A stretch of DNA of 64,000 nucleotides from Dehalococcoidia bacterium (lineage in GTDB: Bacteria; Chloroflexota; Dehalococcoidia; Lucifugimonadales; UBA1127). How positions within the stretch are numbered: position 1 is the first letter of the stretch; each line of letters opens with the position of its first letter. The notes below the pieces were generated by a model. The model made no database searches, had not been told where the DNA came from, and worked only from the letters and a program-made list of their open reading frames with translations. Of the stretch, positions 35,531-43,869 are shown in pieces. A program made the position numbers and the translations under genes. The DNA is taken from assembly GCA_965205235.1 (NCBI GenBank), contig CBDBGD010000008.1, positions 106,629 through 170,628 on the forward strand, given 5' to 3'.

Positions 35531-36727
35531 CTACGTGATGCGGTCTCCGTAGAGGCGGATGGCATTGTCCCAGAGGATCTTCTGCTTGGCCTCGTCGGAG
35601 ATGGGCTGCTCCAGGAGTCCGTCCAGGGCCTTGTCGGGGTCCGGGGCGTCCGGGTGCGGGTAGTCCGTGTTCCAGACCACGTGGTCGCCCCAGCCCAAGG
35701 CCACGACGGCCGGCAGCGCGCCCTCGTCGCCGTCGCACGCCACGAAGCCCTGGCGTCGGATGTACTCGCTGGGCGTCAGAGGCAGCAGCGGCGCATCGAA
35801 CCACATGCCCTGCCGACGGCTCTCCATGGCGTGGTCGTCCAGGCGGCTCACCCACCAGGGGAGCCAGCCGGCGTTGCCCTCCAGGAAGGAGACGCGCATC
35901 TTCGGGAACCGCTCCAGCACGCCCATGTAGATCATGTGGCCCATCGACAGCATGTTCTCGAAGGGGAAGCCTGCGGCGTGGTCCAGGGCCACCTGCTGGC
36001 CCGGCACTGCGTGGCGTGGCTGGTATCGGGCGGCGGTGTGCGACTCGCCGCTGCTGGCGCCGTGGAAGGACATGGGGAAGTCCAACTCCTCCGCCAGGGC
36101 CCAGAACGGGTCGTAGGCGGGGTCGTGCCACTGGGTCCCTTGGTTCGCCATCATCATCAGCACGGTCACGTGGTTGAGCTCCGCGACGGAGCGGCGGGTC
36201 TCCGCCACCAACCCTTCGACGTCGTGCTGGTTGGGCATGGCCGCCACGGCGTACAGCCGTTTGGGGTCGGCGTCGCAGAACTGGCGGGCCCAAGTGTTGT
36301 AGGCGCGGACGAGAGCCCAGAGGTAGCCCTGGTCGCGGCCCTGCACCTTGATGAAGGGCAGCGATCCCAGGTCCGGGATGCAGACCTGCTTGTCCCAGCC
36401 GTAGCGGTCCATGTCCTGCAGGCGGCTCTCCGCGCTCCACTCTGCCGGGAACGCGTCCGGGTACTTGGCGGGCATCATCTCGCGCAGGTTCAGCCGGGTG
36501 CGGCGGCGATTCGAGCCGCCCTGGAGGGACGTCGTTCGAGGAGCGGCGTCGGGGAGCAGCTCCGAAGGCAGCCACTCCGCAATCCGCGGCCCCATGCCGA
36601 ACTGGTCCTCCGTGACGTGGATGCGAGGACGCCGGTCGTAGTACTCGGGCTCCACCATGTCGACCCAGCTTGCGAGCCGGTCCTGCATGTGGGCGTCAGC
36701 GTCGATGACCTTGAAGCCGTTCTTCAC
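35531..36727 (-). CDS. Amidohydrolase-2 family protein, paralog of 11406..12608
   Basis: 398 aa. MKNGFKVIDADAHMQD...WNTDYPHPDAP. Collinear with the 400-aa copy, with most residues identical by eye. Confidence 0.8.
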   Translation of the reverse strand: MKNGFKVIDADAHMQDRLASWVDMVEPEYYDRRPRIHVTEDQFGMGPRIAEWLPSELLPDAAPRTTSLQGGSNRRRTRLNLREMMPAKYPDAFPAEWSAESRLQDMDRYGWDKQVCIPDLGSLPFIKVQGRDQGYLWALVRAYNTWARQFCDADPKRLYAVAAMPNQHDVEGLVAETRRSVAELNHVTVLMMMANQGTQWHDPAYDPFWALAEELDFPMSFHGASSGESHTAARYQPRHAVPGQQVALDHAAGFPFENMLSMGHMIYMGVLERFPKMRVSFLEGNAGWLPWWVSRLDDHAMESRRQGMWFDAPLLPLTPSEYIRRQGFVACDGDEGALPAVVALGWGDHVVWNTDYPHPDAPDPDKALDGLLEQPISDEAKQKILWDNAIRLYGDRIT

Positions 36728-36754
36728 GATTCCTCCCTCTCCTGTGGGTTGTCG

Positions 36755-38113
36755 CTACGAGGCCGCTTGCGCTCCGCCGAGCAGTCTCGTGATCTCGCGA
36801 ACGTCGTCGAGCTTGTCGAGGCGCTCCACCTGCTCCAGCACGGCCTGGGCCCGGGCTGCGCCGAGCACGGGGACTGCGAGCACCAGGAACTTCCGGTGCA
36901 GACGCTCCCGCGGCGCCGGGTTGGCCGCGTCGCCCCAGATTGCGCCGGCGGTCGACACCAGCTCGCGGCCGTCGGTCAGGCGCACCGACACGCGCGCCGT
37001 GTCGCCGTCGTCCCGCCGCATCGACATGGTCGCGTCCATGCTCACCTGCACCTTGCCCGCAAGCTCCCGCGCCCGCTGTGAATCGATGGCCTGGGGGCGG
37101 AAGGCGCCGGTGCCGGTCTCGCCGTGGACCAGGGCCGCAGCCACAGCGTAGGGGATGGAGAACCTGGCGGCAAGTGGGTTCTCCGGGTAGGCGCCGACCA
37201 TGCCCGCGGGGAAGGGCACCGTGGTCACGTGCACCTGGTCTATCTCCTCGGGAGCGATCTCGTGCCGCCCGCGCAGGGCGTGGACGGCGTCGAGGGTGGG
37301 GTGGTTGTAGCGGCAGCAGGCGTGGAACTTGAAGTAGTTCTGCTCGATGCGGTAGCCGGCGCCGAGACCCTCCACCACGGCGTCGGGGTCGAAGGCGTCG
37401 CCCAGGATAACGCCGTAGACGTCGGCGGGGCCGTCGGCCAGGGCGGTGAAGCCGCACGCGTGGAGGTGCGTCGCCAGGATGCCCTGCAGGGAGGAGCGTC
37501 CGGGGTACAGGTTGCGCACGGTGGCGCCCTCGAAGCAGGGCGTCCAGGTGTTGGCGGGGCTCATGGACGCGGCCATGCTGATGACCGAGCGAATCGAGGG
37601 GGCGTCGAGGCCCTTGAGCCGCGCGACGGCGGCCGCGGTGCCGGGCGCGCCCCAGTGGCCGTGCGAGTGGACGTTGTGTCGAGGCTTGGTCGCGCCGCCA
37701 AGTCGAGAGGTCACCTCGTAGCCGGCGACCAGTGCGCCGAGCACCTCCGATCCCCCGGCCCCCGACTCCTCCGCGGCCGCGAGCAGGCCCGGCAGGACGT
37801 GGATGGCCGGATGGCCGCCGCCGTAGCGATTGCCCTCGTCGACCTCCAGGGCCACTCCGGCGGTGGCGTTGACCAGGGACGCGAGGAGGGGGTCGGCCTT
37901 CAGATCGTGGCCGATGAGCGTAGCGCCGGGCGTTCCCGGCGCGTGGGCCACCTGCCGCGCCAGCGATGCGTTCTCCGGGAGCGCGCTGCCCGCCACCATC
38001 GCCCCGACGGTGTCCAGGAACACGTCCTTGGCCGCGAGGACGGTATCGGTCGGCAGCTGTGCGCTATCCGTCCCGGCTACGTACTCGGCCAGCGCGTCCA
38101 GGTAGTGGGCCAC
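36755..38113 (-). CDS. MmgE/PrpD family protein
   Basis: 452 aa. N-terminal LAEYVAGTDSAQLPTDTVLAAKDVFLDTVGAMVAGS and central HPAIHVLP/HSHGHWG blocks are typical of the 2-methylcitrate-dehydratase superfamily. Confidence 0.8.
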   Translation of the reverse strand: MAHYLDALAEYVAGTDSAQLPTDTVLAAKDVFLDTVGAMVAGSALPENASLARQVAHAPGTPGATLIGHDLKADPLLASLVNATAGVALEVDEGNRYGGGHPAIHVLPGLLAAAEESGAGGSEVLGALVAGYEVTSRLGGATKPRHNVHSHGHWGAPGTAAAVARLKGLDAPSIRSVISMAASMSPANTWTPCFEGATVRNLYPGRSSLQGILATHLHACGFTALADGPADVYGVILGDAFDPDAVVEGLGAGYRIEQNYFKFHACCRYNHPTLDAVHALRGRHEIAPEEIDQVHVTTVPFPAGMVGAYPENPLAARFSIPYAVAAALVHGETGTGAFRPQAIDSQRARELAGKVQVSMDATMSMRRDDGDTARVSVRLTDGRELVSTAGAIWGDAANPAPRERLHRKFLVLAVPVLGAARAQAVLEQVERLDKLDDVREITRLLGGAQAAS

Positions 38114-38119
38114 AACCGC

Positions 38120-39538
38120 CTACTCCACTGCCCCCATGATGGGCGCCGTGGGCCGGCTCGCGGGGAGGAACTGGCCATACCCCGACTGCTGATGGAGCTC
38201 GCCGTCCTTGAGCACCACCTTGCCGCGGAGCAGCGTCATCCAGGGGCGACCCTTCACCGCCCAACCCTCGTAGGGGGTGTAGCCTGCGTTGCTGAGGTGG
38301 TCGACCGCCCTGATGGCGCCTTCGTGGTCGGGGTCGTAGATCAGCAGGTCGGCGTCGGAGCCGGGCCGGATGGTACCCTTGCGAGGGTACAGGCCGAACA
38401 TTCGAGCCGGGTTCTCGCTCAGCACTCGCGCCATCCAGGTGATGGGGAAGTTGCGCTTGACCACGCCTTCGCTGTAGACCAGGCGCACCAGCGTCTCGAC
38501 GGAGGGCGTGCCGAAGGGGATGGGCTTGCCGTCGTCCGGGTGCTTGAAGATGTTCTGCCAGCCCGGAGCGCGCCGGTCGTCGGGGGCCGGGGCGTGGTCG
38601 CTGCCGATGGCCGATACGTAGCCCTGGCGCAGGCCGCTCCACAGACCCTCCTGGTGGAAGCGGTCAGCGGAGCGCAGCGGCGGGCCGATCTTGGCGTAGG
38701 GTCCAAGGCGCTCCATCTCTCCTTCGTCCAGCAGCAGGTAGTGGGGCACGGTCTCCGTCCAGACCACCTGGCCCTGCCGCTGCGCCAGCTTGATGCGCTC
38801 CAGCGCCGTGGCCGTGCTCAGATGGACGATGAAGACGGGGCAGCCCGTCATTGCGCCGATGTTGATGCCCCGGTTCACCGCCTCCTCCTCCACCCAGGGA
38901 GGGCACGTGGCCGAGAAGTCGCGGGGGTGGACCCGCCCCTCCGCCATGGCCTTGTCCTCCAGGTAGTCGATGACGTCACCGTTCTCGGCGTGGAGCTGCA
39001 TGATGCCGCCGTGGGCTGCGACCTGGTCCATGGCCTTGGCGATGTGGGCGTCGGTGCACATGCCGCCGCCCTTCTTGTAGGTCATGAACATCTTGAAGGA
39101 GGCCACTCCCATGCGGATGGCCTCTGCGATGCCGTCGACGATGTAGTCCTGGGGGCCCAGGATGAAGTGCGGCGTGTAGTCCAGGACAGTCTGGGTGCTG
39201 AGCTCCCTCTTCATACGATTGATGGCGTCGGGCAGGGTCTCCCCCGCGCCCCGGTCGTAGTGCATGAAGGGAACGAGCGTGGTGAGGCCGGCCAGGGCGG
39301 CCGCCCGTGGGCCCAGGTCGTGGTCGTCGGCATTGCCGAAGTGGACGTGGCAGTCGAGGGCGCCCGGGAGGACGTACTTCCCCGTGGCGTCGATGGTGAG
39401 GTCGGCGTCGGGCATGAACTCCTGGGGGCCCACGGCGGCGATCTGCTCGCCCTGGATGGCCACGGACGCCTCGAAGCTGTTGGCGGCGGTGACGACCGTG
39501 CCGCCGTGGACTACAACATCGACTTTCTGCGCTGGCAT
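38120..39538 (-). CDS. Cyclic amidohydrolase (D-hydantoinase / dihydropyrimidinase family)
   Basis: 472 aa from ATG 39538 (AAGGAGGAA Shine-Dalgarno). VLPGALDCHVHFG (HxH), VASFKMFMTY (carboxylated-Lys context), GSDHAP. Confidence 0.82.
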   Translation of the reverse strand: MPAQKVDVVVHGGTVVTAANSFEASVAIQGEQIAAVGPQEFMPDADLTIDATGKYVLPGALDCHVHFGNADDHDLGPRAAALAGLTTLVPFMHYDRGAGETLPDAINRMKRELSTQTVLDYTPHFILGPQDYIVDGIAEAIRMGVASFKMFMTYKKGGGMCTDAHIAKAMDQVAAHGGIMQLHAENGDVIDYLEDKAMAEGRVHPRDFSATCPPWVEEEAVNRGINIGAMTGCPVFIVHLSTATALERIKLAQRQGQVVWTETVPHYLLLDEGEMERLGPYAKIGPPLRSADRFHQEGLWSGLRQGYVSAIGSDHAPAPDDRRAPGWQNIFKHPDDGKPIPFGTPSVETLVRLVYSEGVVKRNFPITWMARVLSENPARMFGLYPRKGTIRPGSDADLLIYDPDHEGAIRAVDHLSNAGYTPYEGWAVKGRPWMTLLRGKVVLKDGELHQQSGYGQFLPASRPTAPIMGAVE

Positions 39539-39695
39539 GATTCCTCCTTCGTGCGGGCCTTGAGAAGTTGCGCGGGTATTCCCCTTGAACGTGGAGCGTT
39601 GCCAATGTACCCCTAGCTGCATCAGGCGTCAAGCGAGGGGCGGGGGCGCGAGGGGATGAGGTGGTGTCGAATCAGGGATGCAATGCGGTTTGACT

Positions 39696-39854
39696 ATGTC
39701 GACGGTTAGGGATGCCATTCGTATGACAGAGCGCGATGGATGGCGGTTGGTCCGGACTCGCGGCAGCCATCGGTAGTACCATCATCCCGACAAGCCGGAG
39801 ACGGTTACGGTCCCCGGTCATCCTGGCGGCGATTTGTCGCAGGGCTTGTGGTGA
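39696..39854 (+). pseudogene. hicA: hicA toxin pseudogene (in-frame TAG, shortened C-terminus)
   Basis: MSTVRDAIRMTERDGWRLVRTRGSHR*YHHPDKPETVTVPGHPGGDLSQGLW*. The TAG at 39774-39776 sits where HicA proteins normally continue (GSHxxYxHP). The C-terminal helix is missing. Confidence 0.7.
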
Positions 39855-39862
39855 AGGAGGCT

Positions 39863-40006
39863 ATGGCCTACCACGGCGAGCCCCTTGCGGCGCACGTCCT
39901 GGAAAGCATCGCTGAGTTTGGTGAAGCGCCCGCCGATCTGCCGACGACCGTGGAGATGGTCGAGATCGAGGTCGTCCTGCCCCAGACTACGCCAAGCCGC
40001 GTGTAG
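39863..40006 (+). pseudogene. Possible truncated hicB remnant (47 codons)
   Basis: AGGAGG Shine-Dalgarno, then ATG 39863. MAYHGEPLAAHVLESIAEFGEAPADLPTTVEMVEIEVV resembles only the C-terminal half of a HicB N-domain. Too short for a functional antitoxin. Confidence 0.35.
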
Positions 40007-40028
40007 CCATCCAGGCGGACCCGTAGGA

Positions 40029-40092
40029 TTGACTTGGCAACTGGCCAGCGCAATAATCTAGCCAGCATCGCTAGCCAGAAGGAGCAGCAGGT
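40029..40092 (+). promoter_or_regulatory. Putative phd-vapC promoter/operator
   Basis: TTGACT (40029-34), 17 nt, AATAAT (40052-57). Palindrome CTGGCCAG in the spacer. Direct repeat CTAGCCAG x2 (40058-40078). AAGGAG Shine-Dalgarno before ATG 40093. Confidence 0.5.
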
Positions 40093-40353
40093 ATGGCCGA
40101 ATGGTCACTGCAAGACGCCAAGAACCGTTTCAGCGCCGTGGTCAATGCTGCATTGGACGGCGCGCCCCAAACCGTCACGCGCAGAGGCGCCCCCGCCGTC
40201 GTCGTATTGGCGGTAGAGGACTACCAGCGGCTTTGCCAGGCGGAGAAAGCCAACGCACCCACCTTCATCGAACACCTGCTGGCAATTCCCACAGGCGGGC
40301 CGGACGATATGTTTGACCGTCCGCCGTTGAAGCTTCGCGACATCGAGTGGTGA
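40093..40353 (+). CDS. Phd/YefM family antitoxin
   Basis: 86 aa. WSLQDAKNRFSAVVNAALDGAPQTVTRRGAPAVVVLAVEDYQRL is the canonical Phd/YefM N-domain. Confidence 0.85.
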   Translation: MAEWSLQDAKNRFSAVVNAALDGAPQTVTRRGAPAVVVLAVEDYQRLCQAEKANAPTFIEHLLAIPTGGPDDMFDRPPLKLRDIEW

Positions 40354-40769
40354 TGTATCTGCTGGACACCGACGTGATCTCCGCCCTGCGCCGTCCGGAC
40401 CGCCATCCTGGACCAAGGCTGTGGCTAGAGGCTCAGCGGGCATCCGACGTCTACGTCAGCGTCGTCACCCTCGGGGAGCTGGAGCGCGGCATAGCCCGGC
40501 AGGCCCCCCTGAACCCGAACTTTGCTCGTGACCTTGCTCTGTGGGCGGAGCGTATCCTGGCATGGTTTGCGGACCGTGTCCTGCCAGTGGACGCCGCGAC
40601 AGCACGTCGATGGGGCCGACTCTCCGCCTCCCTTGGCAACCGGGAAGCAGACCTGCTCATCGCCGCAACCGCCCTCGAACGCGGCCTCACCGTCGTCACC
40701 CGCAACGTCAAACACTTCGAACCCACGGGGGCGCCCGTGCTCGATCCCTTCGGGAACGAAACCGTCTGA
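40353..40769 (+). CDS. vapC: VapC-type PIN-domain toxin
   Basis: MYLLDTDVISALRR (first acidic residues). Later LLIAATALERGLTVVTRNVKHF. The ATG overlaps the phd stop (TGATG). Confidence 0.85.
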   Translation: MYLLDTDVISALRRPDRHPGPRLWLEAQRASDVYVSVVTLGELERGIARQAPLNPNFARDLALWAERILAWFADRVLPVDAATARRWGRLSASLGNREADLLIAATALERGLTVVTRNVKHFEPTGAPVLDPFGNETV

Positions 40770-40887
40770 CCGTCTCTTGGTGACGCCATACTAGCCAGAG
40801 TCAGCGAAGCAGGAAGCAAGGAATCATGGCATGCCTGAGACAGAGAAACGCTAGGCGCTAAGGTTGGCCTCCTAAAGGACGGACGGT

Positions 40888-41502
40888 ATGGACATCAACG
40901 AGCTCTTTGCCGGCGGCCTGAACGTAAACGACGCCATGGACCTGCTGTCCGACGTGGCGGTCTACGTGGTGGGGATGGCAGTCTACGCCGTCTTCGTGTT
41001 CAACTTCTATCGCTTCCTGGCCTCAAAGGACATGTTCCAGATCGACCTGAGCCGGTACGAGAAGTCGCGTTTCCGGTTGGTGCGCCGAATGCTGCACGTC
41101 TTCTTCTACGTCCTCAAGTACATCATCCTCTTCCCCATCTTCGCCTTCTTCTGGTTCGCGGTGCTGACGCTCATCCTGGCCTTTCTGTCCAAGGAGCGGT
41201 CCTTTGCCGACACGCTGCTGGTGGCACTGGCGACGGTCAGCGCGATCCGCGTGACCGCCTACTACAACGAGGACCTGTCGCGGGACCTGGCCAAGATCCT
41301 GCCGTTCGCAGTGCTGGCCGTCTTCCTCATCGACGCCTCGTTCTTCGCCATCGGGGAGTCGCTGGAAGCCCTGCGCGAGGCTGAGGACTACACGACGAAC
41401 ATCGTCTACTACCTGCTGTTCCTGGTGCTGCTGGAGTTCGCGCTGCGGATCCTGAACGGCATTGTGAGGGCGCTGTTCCGGCGGGGCAAGCAAGCGCCAT
41501 GA
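40888..41502 (+). CDS. Hypothetical integral membrane protein
   Basis: 204 aa with about 5 hydrophobic helices (VAVYVVGMAVYAVFVF, IILFPIFAFFWFAVLTLILAF, and others). No recognisable domain. Confidence 0.55.
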   Translation: MDINELFAGGLNVNDAMDLLSDVAVYVVGMAVYAVFVFNFYRFLASKDMFQIDLSRYEKSRFRLVRRMLHVFFYVLKYIILFPIFAFFWFAVLTLILAFLSKERSFADTLLVALATVSAIRVTAYYNEDLSRDLAKILPFAVLAVFLIDASFFAIGESLEALREAEDYTTNIVYYLLFLVLLEFALRILNGIVRALFRRGKQAP

Positions 41503-42131
41503 GCTTGGACGTGGAAGCTGAGCTCCGCGCGGTGAAGCGTACCGTGTCGTCGTCGGACGTCGACGGATGCCCCGCCCACGTCGTCACCCTCTCCCGCCGC
41601 TTTGCGACGACGACCGCAGAAGCGTGGGACGCCCTGACGAGCGCGGAGCGCATCGCCCGCTGGTTCCTGTCCGTCACCGGCGACCTGCAGCTCGGCGGGC
41701 GGTATCAGCTCGAGGGCAACGCCGACGGGATGATCACGGCGTGCGTGCCACCGACCCACTTCGCGCTGACGTGGGAGTTCGGCGGTGACGTGAGTTGGGT
41801 CGAGGTGCGCCTTGCGGACGGAGGCGACGGCAGCGTGCGGCTGACTCTTGCGCACACGTCGCACCACTCGCCGCACTGGGACGAGTTCGGTCCGGGCGCG
41901 ACCGGCGTCGGCTGGGAGATGGGGCTGATGGGGCTTGCGGCGCACCTGGAGCGACCGGACGAGCCGCAGATCGACGAGGCCGCGTTCGTCGCATCGGCGG
42001 AGGGGAGGGCGCTCATGGCCGGCAGCAGCGAGGCGTGGGGCCGGGCCGCCATCGCAGCAGGGGCAGACTCTGCGGCCGCTCGGTCGGCGGCCCAGCGCAC
42101 CAGCGCGTTCTACACCGGCGAGGGCGCGTAG
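41499..42131 (+). CDS. SRPBCC (AHSA1/START-like) family protein
   Basis: 210 aa. TTAEAWDALTSAERIARWF...GGRYQLEGNADGMITACVPPTHFALTWEFGG is typical of the Aha1-like SRPBCC fold. ATGA overlap with the upstream gene. Confidence 0.7.
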   Translation: MSLDVEAELRAVKRTVSSSDVDGCPAHVVTLSRRFATTTAEAWDALTSAERIARWFLSVTGDLQLGGRYQLEGNADGMITACVPPTHFALTWEFGGDVSWVEVRLADGGDGSVRLTLAHTSHHSPHWDEFGPGATGVGWEMGLMGLAAHLERPDEPQIDEAAFVASAEGRALMAGSSEAWGRAAIAAGADSAAARSAAQRTSAFYTGEGA

Positions 42132-42132
42132 C

Positions 42133-42906
42133 CTACCGCCGCGGCTCCCACGAGAAGTACCGGACCGCGACCGCCAGCCCCAGGACCATCCAACCGCCCA
42201 ACACCAGCAGGTCCACCCACTCGAAGCCTGCGCCGGTCTCGAACGGGTTGAACGCCGTGTGCATCGCCGCCGCGAGTCGCTTGATGGGGAAGATGTCGGC
42301 GAAGACGGTGAGCCACTGCGGAGCGTCCTGCAGCGGGATGAACACGTCCGATATGAACAGCAGCGGTAGCGTCGCGCCGTTCACGACCGCCGGAGACGCG
42401 TCGGCGTTGGGGATGATGGCGGTGACGGCCAGCGCGAGCGCGCAGAACGTGGCCGCGCCGACGACCAGGGTCACGGCCAGCGCCGGCAGGGTGTTGGAGG
42501 GAATGTCCACGTTGTAGAAGATTGCGCCCGTCGCCGTGACGATGGCGACCAGCAGGATGGCCAGGAGCACGGCGTGTGCGATCCTCCCGAAGAGGTACGA
42601 CCAGCTGGGCAGCGGGGTGCCACGCGTGCGCTTCAACAACCCGCGTTCCCTGCTGTAGCACACGCCGATGGCCACGTTGTGGAAGCAGGTGTAGATGACC
42701 GACAGCGCCATGATGGCGGGGACGTAGAAGGTGGAGGTATGTGTCGTCCCGCCGGGCACGTCCATCTCCCAGTTCCCGAAGATCAGGTTGAAGACCACCA
42801 TGAACATCAGGGGGAAGACGATGACGAAGAAGGCCGAGACGGGATTGCGCCAGAAGGCGGTGTTCTCGTAGCGGACCTGTCGCAGGGCTAGCGCGAAGGC
42901 GTTCAC
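42133..42906 (-). CDS. ABC-2 type transporter permease
   Basis: 257 aa from GTG 42906 (GTGA overlap with the ATPase stop). Six predicted TM helices and the ABC-2 pattern (RNPVSAFFVIVFPLMFMVVF...). Confidence 0.8.
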   Translation of the reverse strand: MNAFALALRQVRYENTAFWRNPVSAFFVIVFPLMFMVVFNLIFGNWEMDVPGGTTHTSTFYVPAIMALSVIYTCFHNVAIGVCYSRERGLLKRTRGTPLPSWSYLFGRIAHAVLLAILLVAIVTATGAIFYNVDIPSNTLPALAVTLVVGAATFCALALAVTAIIPNADASPAVVNGATLPLLFISDVFIPLQDAPQWLTVFADIFPIKRLAAAMHTAFNPFETGAGFEWVDLLVLGGWMVLGLAVAVRYFSWEPRR

Positions 42907-43844
42907 GCGTCCCCCTGGCCTGTGCCGCCGCGGTCCGCCAACTCGACGAACAGGTCTTCCAGCGTGGGCTGCGAGACCGACAGCTCCGCGAGCTCGATGC
43001 CGTGCTCCACGGCCCAGCCCGTGAGCCGGTGCAGCGTCTGCGTCGGGGTGTCGGTGGTGACTGCGTAGCCGCCGGACTGGCCGGTGGGCTCGGAGCGGAG
43101 TTCGGCAGGCGGGCCGCCGGCCCCAGGCGCCACCCTGAAGCGAATGGTCGTGGCCCTGTCCTTGCGGACCAACTCCGCCGGTGTTCCCTCGGCGACGATC
43201 TGGCCGTCGACCATGATCGCCACGCGGTCGGCCAGGTTCTCCGCCTCGTCCATATAGTGCGTGGTCAGCACCACGGTCTTGCCCAGGGAGCGGAGGTTCC
43301 TGATCATTCCCCACGCCCCGCGGCGCGCCGACGGGTCGAACCCGGTGGTCGGCTCGTCGAGGAACAGCAGCTCGGGGTCGCCGGCGAGGCCGATGGCGAC
43401 GTCGAGCCGTCGCTGCTGGCCGCCGGAGAGGCGTCGCACGAGGGTGCGGCGCTGCTCCCGCAAGCCGATCACGTCCAGGATTTCGTCGGTGGGCAGCGGA
43501 TGTGGGTAGTAGCCGCGGAAGAGGTTGATGGTCTCCTGCACCGTCAGGTAGGGCTCCACGCCCGTGGACTGCAGCACGATACCGATGCGCCGCTTCAGCG
43601 CGCGCTCGTTGCGGCCGGGGTCGTGGCCCAGGACCGAGACCTCGCCCGACGTCCGGTCCCGCTGGCCCTCCAGGATCTCGACCGTCGTCGTCTTACCGGC
43701 GCCGTTGGGGCCGAGGAGAGCGAAGACCTCGCCGCTCGACACGGTCAGGTCGAGGCCGCGCACGGCCTCCACCTTGCCGTACGACTTGCGGAGGCCGCGG
43801 ACGGTGATGACCGGGGTGGAGGTGTGCGTCATTGAGGTCGACAT
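42903..43844 (-). CDS. ABC transporter ATP-binding protein (DrrA/CcmA-like)
   Basis: Walker A GPNGAGKTT, signature LSGGQQRRLDVA, Walker B LLFLDEPTTGFD. The start is uncertain (ATG 43844, 43832 or 43883). Confidence 0.88.
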   Translation of the reverse strand: MSTSMTHTSTPVITVRGLRKSYGKVEAVRGLDLTVSSGEVFALLGPNGAGKTTTVEILEGQRDRTSGEVSVLGHDPGRNERALKRRIGIVLQSTGVEPYLTVQETINLFRGYYPHPLPTDEILDVIGLREQRRTLVRRLSGGQQRRLDVAIGLAGDPELLFLDEPTTGFDPSARRGAWGMIRNLRSLGKTVVLTTHYMDEAENLADRVAIMVDGQIVAEGTPAELVRKDRATTIRFRVAPGAGGPPAELRSEPTGQSGGYAVTTDTPTQTLHRLTGWAVEHGIELAELSVSQPTLEDLFVELADRGGTGQGDA

Positions 43845-43869
43845 AACGATGGCGGGCAAGGAATGGTGG

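Noticed and set aside
37124-39616. 830-aa plus-strand ORF. Similar long ORFs: 57679..60159 (-), 19695..21461 (+), 48587..50158 (+), 55729..57357 (+), 17216..18940 (+), 35144..37081 (+), 60851..62521 (-), 60111..61199 (-), 21827..23314 (-)
   Set aside because: All are antisense to genes with strong domain evidence (PrpD/hydantoinase, MFP, proS, ATP-grasp, SulP, acyl-synthetase fusion, amidohydrolase-2, MacB ATPase and permease, SBP). All have the same low-complexity, stop-poor character expected from GC-rich third positions on the opposite strand.
39740-40006. 88-aa ORF from the track taken as a real gene
   Set aside because: Its first half is an out-of-frame reading of the hicA pseudogene. 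Only the last 47 codons (from ATG 39863, with an AGGAGG Shine-Dalgarno) form a plausible unit, interpreted as a hicB remnant.
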